A program made the translations under genes and the position numbers. Below the pieces are notes generated by a model, which saw only the letters and a program-made list of their open reading frames with translations, was not told the origin of the DNA and ran no database searches. A DNA stretch of 63,800 bases, filler included, from Klebsormidium nitens (Eukaryota > Plantae > Klebsormidiophyceae), in the NCBI GenBank assembly GCA_000708835.1. It is 6 parts of 6 records of this genome, joined end to end, with 100 filler letters (N's around TTAATTAATTAA, not from the genome) between each part and the next. Parts side by side here need not be neighbours in the genome. Positions count along the whole stretch, not along the records: positions 24,203 to 45,589 come from DF237912.1; 5 more parts are not named here. One strand, given 5' to 3'. Below are positions 24,284 to 37,308 of this stretch, in pieces (position 1 is the stretch's first letter; each line of letters opens with the position of its first letter).

Positions 24284-26577
24284 ACAGAGCTGCATTCGAC
24301 CCCGGCCTGCGGCCGCTCGCCGTACGGGTCGTGCCAAACCCCGCCGAGCGAAGACGTGGCACCTCTGGGCTTTGTGCCAGCCGTCCGAGTCTGCACTTGG
24401 GGACCCGGACCATTCAACGAATTTTGCGGAGCCGGCACGGTTGGACCTCCGGCAGGTCCTTTGCGATGCAACCGCGCCGACTCCAAATCTTTGGTGGAAG
24501 ATCGAACTTTTCTGGGGGGGTAGTAAATGCCAACCGGCGCCGTTGCATTCTGCCAACCGAACCGTGGATGTAAATTCTAATGTAAGCACCGGTTCCGGTT
24601 GAAATTGAACCGTAACCGGTGCAATGTAAGTGAGCTCTAAGGCTACTATATAGTAGGCCTCGCGTAGTCCAGTTTTCGGAGCGGCCGCGGCGCGCGTCAG
24701 GCCTTCAATCTGTCCGAGTCACTTCTCTCGACGTACGTTCCGCGGAACTCCGAGCGACGTCGAGGATCCTGTTCACAGCAATCAGCGTTCGGCGACTTCA
24801 CTAGCTTAGTACTCGCCGCTCGGCAAGATAGCGTGCAGAAAATGGCGGCGCTTGTGATGGCCTTTTGGTTCCTGCACATTTGCGTGTAAACATTGTTGCA
24901 GTAGCTGTCTGACGTCCCTGCCGGCGCGTTCCACGTAAAAATCGGTTGTTTTGAAGCCTTTGCTTACAAGGCCTCCGCCTGGAGCTCTTAGAGGAGCTTT
25001 TTGAGCTGAAGAGCAGTCTGGCATGAGCATCTTCAAGGGAAAGGCGTTTGACAATTGGGCGTGGAGTTTGTGTTAGGCCATGTCCCTGCTTGAAACAAAC
25101 AGCTTTTGCTTGATATGATGCAGAGATGCAGAAGCCATCGTTCTTCTTGTCCCCCTCACATAGGCCTTACAGTGGGGTATCACAGGTATAGCCAGTCTCG
25201 CGCAAGCGCTTTCAGGCTGGGGAGCTCTCTGCCAAAGGGGCAATGAGCTGTGGGTACAAAATACTTCCAGAATGATTTCAAATGTCTTGCAGTATAAGAT
25301 GCACCGCTGCAGAAGGCATTTCACATCAGGTGGGTTACCTGGCTTGTAGCTCTTTTCGTGGCTGGTCAACCTTTTCTCGCTTATCGTGACTGCAGTAACT
25401 ATCTTGAGGTCATTTTATCAAGGGTTCAGCGACGACATCGCACAAAGCTTTTTCGGGGCAGCTCGCATTTGTAACCTCAAATGTTCAGTAGCTGCAATGC
25501 CAGGTCATACGGTCCACCCCCTAGGTTGCTTGGGCAACAATGAGGCGAAGGCATTAAGGTATGCAGTTTTGTTTCTACTTTCAGTCTGCTAAGTCGCCAG
25601 TCTTCTTCATGCAGAGAACTTAAGACCTTAAGGGCAAGATATCCTGTGGCCAGCATGGAAACGAGGTGCAGACCTGACACACTTCCAGGGTTTCAAGGTT
25701 GAATGTCCATAGATGGTGACTGCACCAGCTGTTTTTGATAGAAGAGGGACACGTTTCAAGGACAGAATTTGGGTCGCTTCCATTTTTTTTCCGTGATTCA
25801 TGTAATGCAGCTCAGAAAACCATTTAGTGACCATTCAAGAGACAATGTCAGTCCCATTTGTCGGCACGCATTGTCATCACTCTCCACGTTGCAAGGCAGA
25901 CACATTGTTTTGCATATTTGAGGCGGGTCAAGTAGTCATTCCTTTTTGTATTGCTCATAACAATCTTGCTCCATCTCGTGGCTTTGTTCAAGCTGCTGCA
26001 TACGAACAGCATCGGGAGTTGATTGTTGGGCATTGACAGGAGATCAGTCGACCACGATAGGGATGGAGTTCTCAAATTCACCAGGATCAGGCTGTTCTAA
26101 CTTCTTTGCACTTTGCACGCTCGATGTTGGCAGCAGTACCAGCAGGTTTTCTTATGCAGCCCTTATTAACTGGGCACTTTTTGCACTTCTTGCAGATCTG
26201 GCTCTGGCGGCGCTTGTTGTGTGTCCGCGTCTGTTTGCTCCTGACCACAAGACCCGTTGGCCTTTGGTGAAAAGTCCTCATTTTTGCCAGTTGGAAGCCA
26301 CGCCTCACCATGCACCTGAGGCTGGGGTGTTTACAATGTGAGTCTCAACACAGCTCTTGATGGGTGTAATCGTGGGTCTGACAGAGCAGGGTCTTGATTT
26401 TTCAAAGAGTCGGGGCTCGGGAACAACTGTTCATCTGGAGTATTTGATGTTGATCTTCCACATGATTTGTAGACTCTTGGCTGATGCTCCTGCCACCGGA
26501 GTTGCGTAGAGTGCATTTCAACTTTTGCCTTACCTGCTGCTGTCCATGGTCGCTTCTCGATATCTCCTCTCGTTGAA

Positions 26578-27747
26578 TCATCTCTCCCTGGGGTTCTCAT
26601 TCCCTTTCGTTTGCGCCCTCTCCGGTGCAGGGCCTTCCGACTGCTGCCGCAGAAACCTTCCTGGCTGGGGGGCTCGAATTGCAGGGGGCATGGTGACCCT
26701 ACCTAAGAGGTGGGTGGTCTGTAGCACGGAACCGTTCCTGAGTGCCAAACACAGTGCCTCTCGTGCTGGCTCAAGGTGCGTAGGCAGCTGCTTTCGGGTT
26801 GTGACACTTTTTGAGTTGTTATTACGGTTCCCATGACAAGTGACGGTCTCAATTCTGACGAAGACACATACATTGTCCGAAGCTGGTGAAACCTTGTGCG
26901 CCGCAGGCAGGCCCCCCTCACCTGGTTGTCGGGACCCCCGACCGGATCCACCAGATGACAGAATACAGGAACCTTTGCTGAAAATAGGCTCAATTTCATC
27001 ATCGTTGACGAGGTAAGGCCCAACTTTTCCTCCCCTTTCCGCTTGAACAGTCTCCCTCTTTTCGAACAAATCTGCCAGACGAAGTGGCAGCATCGCATGT
27101 CTGGAGATGCCAGCTTGTCACCAATGACGTTTCTCCGCCTTTCCTATCCCTGATTTGACACGAAGGTAGGTTCGACGTCTACTGCAAAGTCTGACGAAGT
27201 TGTGACCGGTTTGTCAGGCGCCAGCTTCCAGCAGCGGCGTAGGTGGGTTTGCTCTTGTCAGCCTTTTTTGTCTGATGTCAGCATCCCTTTTTCGCACATT
27301 GATGCGAACCCTGTCGCAACTCAACCGACTGGCAGCCTGAACACGCTGCTGAAGGTCGACACCGCTCCGGAAACGAAGCCACCCATAAGATGACGTCGCG
27401 TTTTTCAAATCACGTCTGCTTGTTTTCCCTACAGTTCGACGCATATCTGCCGCGACTCGCACGACGAGCAGCCTGAACAAAGTGCTGACGATCAACAGCG
27501 AGGCCGGCAAACGAGAGACCATCTTAGAAGCCCGACAGCGACGCAGCACAACGGGGCCGTTACGGAGCTGATCAAGAACAAGGGGGGCGGGTGAGTGCCT
27601 GGGAAATAGAAAGTGGGGCTCATCTCTCTGCTCGTCGGCGACTACATCATCGTTAACGAAATGTGCGGGTACATCGTGTCCAGCTCCAGCGTACTGTAGA
27701 AGGCAGCCGCTACAAGAATCAGTGCCTTCTCTGAAATGGCCTGCCAA
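26578..27747 (-). CDS. Probable exons of a low-complexity hypothetical protein gene (structure unresolved)
   Basis: Two long same-strand ORFs (26578-27093, 27214-27747) sharing a short motif (GPYLVNDDE / PAHFVNDDV). No recognisable domain. Confidence 0.25.
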
Positions 27748-30086
27748 TTGTGCCGAATCAAAAGATGAACCTCATTCTAGTAGCTGGTCTACGAATCCTC
27801 CTTTTCAGAGCGTTGCAGGAAGAGCAAGAGGAACACGATTATCCGGGTTCCTCCAAGAATTTTCCGTTCAAACTGCTCATGGCTTCTATGTCAGAAGCCC
27901 ACACGTGGCAGAAGTCCCCAACATTGCCGCAAACCTGTAATGTGACAGGCTAATCCAGGCCGTGATAGTCTTTGCAGAACAACTTGATGCATGTTCACGT
28001 GACTCGATTCAGCACGTGCCTAGGTGTCGGGATCACCTGTACCTGGTGAGCGGGCTCCAGAAAATTTGTTTGGTTTCTTCAGTCTGCTTTGCCTTGAGGG
28101 CAAGAGGGCTGTGTTCAAAAGCTCGCTGATTGTTCCCTCAAAAGCCGCAAAGTGGCTCATTCTGACTCAAAGAGAACGCGAGTCGTACAACAGGCGGTTG
28201 GCGCTCTAGATCAGCGAGAGGCTTTTAAAGTGCGGACGGGTGGCCCTCTTGGTCACGAACGGCTCTCTTATGCAGAGTAAAAGTGACATCACAGAAGACA
28301 GATTGAAGTGACAAAATCTCAGTTTCGTGGATCAGAGCAGTCGGGGCCCGAGTACCGGGCTTCACTGGTGGCTTGCTCCAAGAGTTCGGAAGGTCCCCGC
28401 TTTGAAGTCGAGGACCACAAGACAGCAATCGGGATGGATAAGATGGCAGAAGCATATGAGCTTGTCAGGGAATGAAAACTTTTTCTTGCAGGTGTGCGAA
28501 AGAGACCACAAGACCAGGGACTGCAGAAAGGGATCAACCGGATCAACCGTCCGCTCCATTTTTCTGCTCACGACCTAGTGAGGATCAGTCCCTAATACTC
28601 GACGCAATTTTTCTCGAAGCACATATGCAAGTATCTTGACATAAGATTGGAGCCGATTCGGCCAGCTGGACAACTTCGTTAACATGTCAGTTTTGAGCAG
28701 GCGGGGTGAGACTGCCGATTTGAGTGGACGCTTTTGCCAATCGCCGTTTGCAAAGTTGGAAAAGCGCTTTGCTTTTTTGGACTTGGAAAGGCTTCGATTC
28801 AAATGATGCGATTTGCGGATGTTTGCAGCGGTTGAAGAGCTTCAGTGGCCACGAATGGCTCTTCTGAAAAGTGTAACGAATTTTTGACCCCTTCATTAAG
28901 GTATTTACTTGTTACGTCAATGTCACGTCAATCTGTCAATTGAACGTCTGCCGCTCGCCCGCTGTCAGCTTCCGTCCCTAAGTACGGGCCGCAAATTCCG
29001 TCGGCAGAGGCCGCATCGGAGGTGCTAGTTCAGCATCCGCTGCGGCTTGCCACTGAGCTATTGTCAAGTTTCTCGTGATGCTACCTTTGCGTTATATTCG
29101 CCTCTCATCATTTGGAATCAAAATTCGTTGGAAGCGGCTGTGGTTCCTCAACACACGGAACTCTATGAAACGTCATTCTCTGTAGAAGCCACTTGTTCGC
29201 TGACGTTATTTTGTTGACTGACCAAGCGCAACAAGCGCAAAGGCGAGACCCTTTCGGTGGAATCTGTTGCGGAGGCGCTAAGAGAGGCGGCCGTCGCGGC
29301 TCCAACTCACGAGACGTCATTCGCATCGGAATCCGCATGTTTGCTGACGTCACTTGCTCAACAGGACGGAGCGCAACAAGCTCACCTTGCGGGGGCGATG
29401 AGCGAGGGAAAGCTCGGGGCCCTTCAGCCGGTACTCCTGCTGCAGGAGACCCCGCGCGCAAAAGCGGCGATCATCGTGCTGGTGCGCGAGCTGCCCCCTC
29501 TCGTTCAATGTAGCTTCTCATCTTTGTCGTTCTTTTCTGCTCCTGAGTAGCGGTGCTCCAGAGCAGTGGTCACAAAAATGCTGGGTTTTAGGGGGGTATT
29601 TTTTACCGCTCTTACGGGCATCGAAACAAGCATATGTCTGCAGACACGCTGAGACCGCTATAGCGGCGCCTTGACTACCCGATCTGCTTGGTAGGACCGA
29701 GCCTCTGAGAGCCTCTTATGGTAATCTCTGAATAAACGAAAAGTAAATCTCTTGTGAGTATCCAAGCAAGCTGAACCTACAGTCCCGCGTCCTTTTCTGC
29801 ACTTGTAAGAGCTGTGCGCGTCTCTGTTTCTCCATGCGGAAATACTGCGTGCTTTTAGACAAACGTCAGATCCGGAAGCTTGTGAGGTTACTGCGGAACC
29901 GACTCCTCTTGAAACCTGACAGAAACGCCTGAAAGTCTGAGGCCCTTTTCAAGATACGAAAGTTGACCCTCGACTGACTGAACTTCACAGGTCGGTTTCG
30001 TCTTGCCACGTCGGAAGATACATTAACAGGATGTACGGACCCTGCAGGAATCATCTTAACAAACAAATATGTGCACGTCTCTGCAG

Positions 30087-31929
30087 GCTCGCTCGGAGCA
30101 CCGCTCTGAACGAAGTCCTCGAGCGTGGCGCGGTTGCCGGCATCCTAGCACCCTCGCCCTCGCGCCGTATTACTTGGCAGTGCGACCCCGGTACCACGAG
30201 AAGCTGGCGCGGACGATGGAAGAGCAGCGCAAGCCCCTGCTTTGACCGTGAGGTTTTTTAAGAATGACTGTGGGGTTTCTGATTGACCGCATATCTCTGT
30301 GTGCTGGAGAATGGGGTGTGAATTCTGCACAGGTGCACAGACGGGGCTTTCTTTAAACGGGGAGCTTAAGTGGGTAACAAAACGTTCTGCCACAAACTTG
30401 CTGTCAGGGGATTCACCTGAAGTGTTGGTCTTCGCGAAAGCCTGCCAACCTATGAGTCCGCGGCCGCGGTTCATTTCACGTCATGGGCGAATTGCATCGG
30501 ACTCTGCTTCGAAGTCCTTGATACTCAACGCACACAGCGGTGCCTTTGAACACGAGTATGATTGTTGACCAAGTATTGGCAGACTCTTAAAGCCTGGTTC
30601 TCGGAACTCGCTCTGTCCCGCCCTCGCCCCTTTTGAGGGCAAGTCTACCAAAGCAGGCCGGTGCCGAGCGCAGAACCTGAGCCGTTGGATCACAAAACCT
30701 GAGCCGTCGGATCACAAAACCTGAGCCGTCATCCAACGGCTCAAGCGTTGATTCTCCAGCACAACTGCACGTGATAAGGCGGCCCAGTTTTCCGCAATAC
30801 GGAGCACCATCGAGAAGCTGTAAGTAGGTCTGGGCTGACATTTAATCTCGCTCTCCAGATTCGTCGACCGCATGTATCTGGTGTACCGTGCGGTAGACCT
30901 GGTCGTCGGCAGCGCGGGCGCAACCACGTCCAGCGAACTGCTCATTACCGGGACTCCGTCGCTGCTGGTAAGCATCGCTTCTCTGATGCAAGCGTCCTCG
31001 CCTTCAAGAGCACTTGCGCACGCGGACTTCGTCTGTGTGCTGGCAGCCTTCCAGACGTTCATTTTGAAGAACCTTCTCACAGTTTGCCCTGTGAATGGGG
31101 CGCTTCCAAGTTTGCAATCGACCTTATCTGATGAGCAGGACGCTCCGTTGGTGGACTGAAATTCTTTCCATTGTCGCGGGTCAAACTTATCAGCACTCGC
31201 AATCTGCTTGTTCTGCGAGTGGCGCGCATTCTCCGGCTCGCACCTTTTTGGCAGAATCTTCCTTCTCCTTTCAGAAACAAATTCGTCGTTCGAAACGTAG
31301 AATATGACATTCCTCAAGATTCCATTTAAAACTTTGCAAAAGCACGTACTGGCTGTGAGCAAGCCACAGGTTCCGCGTCGACCAAAAAGCGTGAGCGCTC
31401 ATCTTCGGTCCGCAGGACCAATGAGAACGCTTCGATCGGTCACGTGGTCCGATAAGTACAGACCTAGTACAACTTTAGCTGGAGCGGTAGCGTACAAAGC
31501 TATGCGGACCAGAGATGCGAAGCTGGCGAGCATAGCAGTGTTCGGTTGACTTGGAACCTTTGTTTAGCTGCAAACATATCTTCTCCCGATCTTTGCCGAC
31601 TCACGTGGCCGTCTCTGTCCTTCTTTCTCGCGCGTGCAGATCCCCTCTCCAAACGTCGCTTGAGGACCACCAAACAAAGAACGAGCTGGCGATGGAGTCA
31701 GGACGGGGCGGCGGTGCTTATGGAAGAGAGACAGCTGTCGGCGGAGTCCTTGCTTGAAAGTGTTGAACGCCTATTAGGTGACCGGCAACGTTCAGAAACC
31801 ATGCGCAGCCAAGCGCTTGCAGCCGCCAAGCCAGACGCTGCCAGAGACATTGCGCTCGCCGTTATCAGGATAGCTAGCCAGCGCGGAAAGAAGCGCCCAC
31901 CGCTTGCTCTAGACACTCGGACGAAGTAG
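30087..31929 (+). pseudogene. murG: MurG (UDP-GlcNAc:lipid I glycosyltransferase, GT28 C-terminal half) spliced pseudogene fragment
   Basis: Exon from 30087: GSLGA..ALNEVL...ITWQC. Exon 30859-30967: FVDRMYLVYRAVDLVVGSAGATTSSELLITGTPSLL. Exon 31640-31929: IPSPNVAEDHQTKN...LLGD...AAAKPDAARDIA. At least four 1-nt indels (about 30101, 30184, 31660, 31698) are needed to keep the frame. No N-terminal GGTGGH half was found upstream. Confidence 0.82.
30674..30730. repeat. 22-bp tandem repeat, about 2.6 copies
   Basis: Unit AACCTGAGCCGT(T/C)GGATCACAA starting at 30674, 30696 and 30718. Confidence 0.9.
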
Positions 31930-33739
31930 AAAGATTACCAGGTGAACGGAGTAGCCGATGCAAATGCCTGCCGCCCTTCGATCAGTCGGACAGCAGGAAA
32001 CCTGACAAAGAATGTCGAGTCCTTTCAAAACAGTATGCCTTTACACCGGAAAGAGCGGAATTGTAAAGTGCGCTTTTTAGGTCAAGCAAAGGCCCTTCTC
32101 GTTACGGCTGTTTTCAAGTTTCTGCCATACTGAATGAAGCCAGCCTTGGTTTATGTTTTGTGGAGAATGTATGAGCGACTCGAGCGAGCCGCCGGCCCTT
32201 TTCTGTATTCACTGTCGGACAAAGGGTGCAGCTACGTGACGGTAGACTGAAAAGCCTGGTCCATTATATCACGAACAGCCCAGCACGTTCATGCAATAAT
32301 CTGGGCAAATCTTTGTTGAGATCTGATGCCATTGCTTCTTAAGCTCCATGAACAAGTACCACTTGGTGAATCCTGAACGCTCAAGCTCTCAACGTACATG
32401 GTTCCGTCCCCGGCCGGACCTACTTTGGACGCCCTTGATTGACCATATATCTCCTGCTCAAAGCTACAAGCGCTGGCCCAAGTCGTGTAACATTTATACA
32501 CGTGTGACGATCGAGCCGTACTAACGTCTCCACTTCCTTGAGTCATACTAATGAAGTCTTGAACTTCGCGGAAGCTTCTCCTTGTAGGAAAAGTAGCTGA
32601 GCTGCGGATGAGCCTTGGAGGCTTCGACCAGGCTCTACGCCTTAATGCACCTAGCTTGATTGCCGGGCCGCGCCGAGTGCAGTACGACGGAATGGCTGAT
32701 TGCAGGGCTGTTTGGCTGACCCGCTAGTGCAGGATAAACATACCAGCTGGCCTAACGATGCAGACCCAACGGTGGATAGCACTGTCTCGGATTCGTATCC
32801 ATGCGTGCTATACGACTATAACGGCTCGAATGGTTACTTGCATCAATTGAAACAACTCAGTCTTGACAATCGAGTGTTCTGTGGCATGCTGGCAGCTTGA
32901 GAGGTGGCGAGCGATAGGCAGCTTTTGACATGAGCCAGGTACGTCACGCATGAAAAGAAATTTAACGGCAGCACAATATAAGTTGGCAAATGTGTCTGAC
33001 ACAACCGGCTCGAAAAATATCCACGACTTCCTAGACTCTTGTATCACCCTTGCCACCAGACTCAAGAAACTTCACATATATAAACTCAACTACCAAGCGT
33101 ATGGAAATCCAAGGACACCATCACAAGCTTTCCCCCTTTCCATAACGCTTCAGTAAATCTGGGGCCCCTATCACGTCAACGGACCTCGACACGATTCTAA
33201 CAAGTTTAGCATAAGATTGCTCGTCCTTTACGCTGGCAGGGATGTTTGGTCTGAAAATACCCCTATCTTTACGACAGGCATCGGGCGCTCCCAAATCTGT
33301 ACAATAAACACGCAACCACCATAAAATTGCCAACTCCGATGTCCCAGGCGTCGCCACGTCAGAAGCAGAGCGGCCGCGGAGTTTCGTGATACGGCTCGCG
33401 GGGACACCCGACATGACAACTGCTCACGCCTCACTCGGAGCTGCTTCGACGCCGAACGCTCGAAGCAAGTCCTCGAAGTCCGTCTCCTCGATGTCCGGCA
33501 GATCAATGTCCAGGAGAGTTGGATCGGGGCTCAGAAGGTCGGGCGACGCCATATCGTCGTCGTTCGGAACCATATTGGGCACGAGGTTTGCAGCTGGCTC
33601 CTGCAATGTGAATCCAGGACGGAACTGTCAGATACGGAGACGAAGCGCGTCCGTCTGATTTGACGGCCGCCCACGACGGATAATGTTCAGAGTCAACGAG
33701 TGCGGAGAACAAGGGAGCGGTTGATCTGGCGTGGAATTT

Positions 33740-35630
33740 CTACCCTTACACACAGTGGCAGTCCGGCCACCCGCCGCTACCCGTTCTTCCGCTGTTCGAG
33801 CGCTAACGGAAGCTTGTAAAAGTCTACCCACTAACTTCGAGGCTTGGAGGCTGCTGTGATTCCAGAGGTGTAGTCGAAAAGTAGATGTGAAAAGACTCTG
33901 TGCTTGAAGATTTAACGATTCCCTGATATCGGTGGTTCCTTTGAGCAGAATGAGGATTGCAACCGACGGCCAGATTTCACGAAAACCAGAAGGAGAAAAC
34001 GGGGTCTGGAAGCTCAAGCTTTTCTCACCGGGAATGCGGCCAGCATGTGTGCGAAGCACGCCTCGAGGCGGGCGCGTGTGGCGGTGTTGCAGGCAGCGGT
34101 CCCCGGGTTGACGAAGTATGTGTCCAGGTACGCCTTCACCGTAGTGTATAGCGATTGGTTGGCAGCGATGAGCGACAGAAAGAAGTCCAACGCTTCCCAC
34201 AGACCTTCCTGCCTCAGGTCCTGTGCGCGCGATGCACCAGGGGACAGGTCGCCCCACGTGATCTGCGTTACGAGGGGATAGGTAGTCAGGAACAAAGGCA
34301 GGCCCGGCACTGAAAGCAGGCCCCCGTATATCTACGAGAAACGAGGACACCTGGAAATCTTTAGCCCGGGTTGAAAGTTTGTCGCCCATTATGAAGTGGG
34401 CCAGTTCCCGGGGGTCCATACCAACGCCACGACGAAACACCTCTTCTTGAAACAAGCTTTCGAGCCGGGTCGTCAAACAAAAGACACCTTCAAGACTACT
34501 ATTACGTTCATTTTCTGCTTCACGCGGGTTTTGAGTCAGTAGGTTCTTTTTAAGCTACCGGACATGCAATATTTGTTCGAGGTTAAAAACGAAGAGCCAA
34601 GTATGTGCGTCTCTGCTTTGGTGGGTGAAGAAGCGCAACAGGGTGCTATCTTTCTATGTGCGAGTCATTGAGTATCAATTTGACGAAAAAGTTTGATTGA
34701 AAAACAGCTGGCCTGGAGAACCAATCGAGCCAGCTTTCACCGTTTCAGCGACGGCAACTTTAAAATCGAGGGATTTGGAGTAGTTCTGATACTACACCAA
34801 GTTAGGCAGTGCTTTCAGGAAAGCCTTATGTAATGAGCAGGTTAAACAGAGCGGATTGGGTCCGACCTTTCTGAAACGCTTATTGGACGAGACGCCACCG
34901 CAGAGGAATTCGTTGACTGCATTGTACAGAGCCACGGCCACACACTGCAGGGATGTGGTGTTGCTGACGCCTCCATGGAAGATCTCCTTCGCAATTTTCA
35001 GATTGCCTGTGGCTGGGTCAGTGACAGCGATGGGCCTGCAGCAGCATTATGGTGTGGTCAGCGCGCAGATTGTCACGTGCACCCAATGAACAGATTATTC
35101 TAAGCAGGACTACGGAAGCATATATGGGGCCCTACAATGATCAAGGCAATAGCTAGAGCTTCCGGCTATATGCGCAAATGCGCACGTGGGGCCAACCTTG
35201 TATGGATTCATGATTCCTCCGACCTGAAGAGCACCTTTGAAGATTTGCTCTTTCGCATGACAACCCGTGCCCATGTTTGTCAAAAGTGACGCGCACAACA
35301 ATCATGATCGATCAGTGACTAGTACGACCAGCAGTGGCGCGGTTACTGGAGCGCTATTCTCATCTACATCTGTACATGGCCCAGATTGACTCCGCAAAGC
35401 TAGCCCCAATGAACTGCTCTTGACACAATGCTGATTGTTTTCCGACTCACCCCTTCTGAAGAGCCTTGACAATCTCGTCCCGAGCTGCTGGAACGAAGTT
35501 CCTAAGCTCCTCGTTACTCAGATCAGCGCGCACGAGGTTTTGTGCCTGCAGCGCTGGCACTAGTAGAACGTCCCTGAGTGTTTTCAGGAAGAGAAGGTCG
35601 CCGCCTCGAGCACCTGCCATTTCTTCTAGT
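33740..35630 (-). pseudogene. Copy A of a duplicated, decayed unknown spliced gene (inverted paralogue of 43410-45480)
   Basis: ORF 34014-34310 reads QEGLWEALDFFLSLIAANQSLYTTVKAYLDTYF...NTATRARLEACFAHML and matches copy B. Flanking intron and other segments are also alignable by eye (34860-35050, 35450-35630). Confidence 0.65.
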
Positions 35631-35651
35631 TCCTTTGGTCAGAAGAGTTTA

Positions 35652-35743
35652 CTGATGAAGAGTGTTCTGTGAATTTGGAGCCGGGCTGGCTTTCTAACTG
35701 ATGAAGAGTATTCTGTGGATTTGGAGCCGGGCTGGCTTCCTAA
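35652..35743. repeat. 46-bp tandem duplication
   Basis: CTGATGAAGAGT(G/A)TTCTGTG(A/G)ATTTGGAGCCGGGCTGGCTT(T/C)CTAA x2, 43/46 identical. Confidence 0.9.
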
Positions 35744-36220
35744 CGTCTGCTTGTCGCGATCGAAAGTGAGCAGTGGGGCTGAAGCGAAGCACGTTTGATT
35801 TATATGATGCCTTGGGAGAACGCCGATAGGAAGAGTGGAAGAGAGAGCAGTGCAACAAGTTGGCCTGGCAGTCTGGCAGCCGGCTTGGGCAGCCAGCCGT
35901 GGATATACCGTCATGGGCCGACCGTGGGCGGCTCGAGATTCGCGACAGACCGTACGGTACAGGCGGTCTGCAGATCTGAGAAATGGCTGGGGGACAAGGC
36001 TCTTTGCTGTCACCAGCGTCCATCTTGTTAACGTCAATCGAACGGACGGTTCAAATCGCCTCGAAAAATCTCATACCAGAGGTCCTGATCACATGGCAGG
36101 TCCTAGGTGCAAACAGCTAAAGCCCGAATTGCACTCTCAGACTTGGCTTCATTAGCTGACGATCGGACGGCTGTCACAGCGTTTCGGCCATCGGAGCGGG
36201 TCTGCGGTCTTCCTTTGTAG

Positions 36221-36420
36221 ACCGTACCAATTATTCGATTGGGCAACAATTAAATACTCATTGACTTGCCCAAAAATCTGGATTGAAAATAAATTCCAAT
36301 TAAAAATTTGCAGATCAATTTGCCCCGTAATAAAACAAAATAAATGGATAAATGCAGCTGCCCAAAATCCCTGAAATTATTTATTGGGCAAAATCTGTCC
36401 ATCCGGACAATTGGTACGGT
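36221..36420. mobile_element. MITE-like non-autonomous DNA transposon, 200 bp
   Basis: Terminal inverted repeats ACCGTACCAATT / AATTGGTACGGT (12 bp perfect, 15/17 when extended). The interior is strongly AT-rich within GC-rich flanks and has internal TTGCCCAA/TTGGGCAA motifs. The right end reads ...CGG-TA (Tc1/mariner-like TA); the left flank has GA instead. Confidence 0.7.
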
Positions 36421-37308
36421 ACTAGCCGCGTCGCGGGCCGTGGTCCGTCACGCGCTCCCTAACTTTAAGTCCGTCAGTACCGTCGTCGTGGGCCGTCGCA
36501 ATTCGTTTCGTTAATGCCGTACGTTGGACACGTGGCTCCGGTCGTGGAGCGCGGGCCGCGGCCCAAGCCCGGTCCACCTGGGCTGGCATAACCTGTCCAC
36601 CTGGGCCGTGGCCCGTACGTCCGGCTGTGGACCTGCCAATGGTTCGTGGAGGGAACAGCCTGGCAAAATGATAACGGATTCTCTTGAAACCCTCCAAGAA
36701 AACTCAGTCGGGGATCATCACTGGGATAGAAGTATGGTTTCAAGACTGAGAATTTGAAGTGGTTCTTGGCCGGTCGTTGAGCTACCGGTTTGAATCTGTC
36801 AACCTACAAAGGCAACAAAGCATTAACCCAGGATCGTCCACTCCCCCAGCTAGAGAGGCTTGGCCGCGTTGGCGCGAGCCGCCGAACAGATTCGAGCACA
36901 GCGAAGCGCACCTGGGCCTCAGACTCAGAGTCACAGTCAAGACTTTGAAGCTCGTCCATGAAACAGAAACTTCAACGAAAGACAACAGTCACAATCTGAA
37001 GAGTAGCTAAGGAGGCAACAGCCTGCACTGACAAACATGCTGCGCTTTGGGACCTAATTGAGCTTCAAGTTCCTACCTACTATCCTCCGCGTGCAATTGT
37101 GCTTTGAACTGAAGGTTCAGAGCTCCGCTTCACAGCTTCATAGCTTGGTCACATTGGTGGTAGTCTGCATGGGACGCCTTGCAGAAACTTATGTATCCTG
37201 CAGCAAGTAGAGAGCTTGGCAAATAGCGGGCTCTAGTGCTTGGACTCATTCAATTCCGCATAAATTCCTCGCCTCTGAAATAACAAGAGCTTTTCAAACC
37301 CGATATAG

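Noticed and set aside
35652-35743. CTGATGA-containing tandem repeat as a possible hammerhead ribozyme
   Set aside because: No stem II followed by GAAA and no pairing arms; it is a plain 46-bp duplication.
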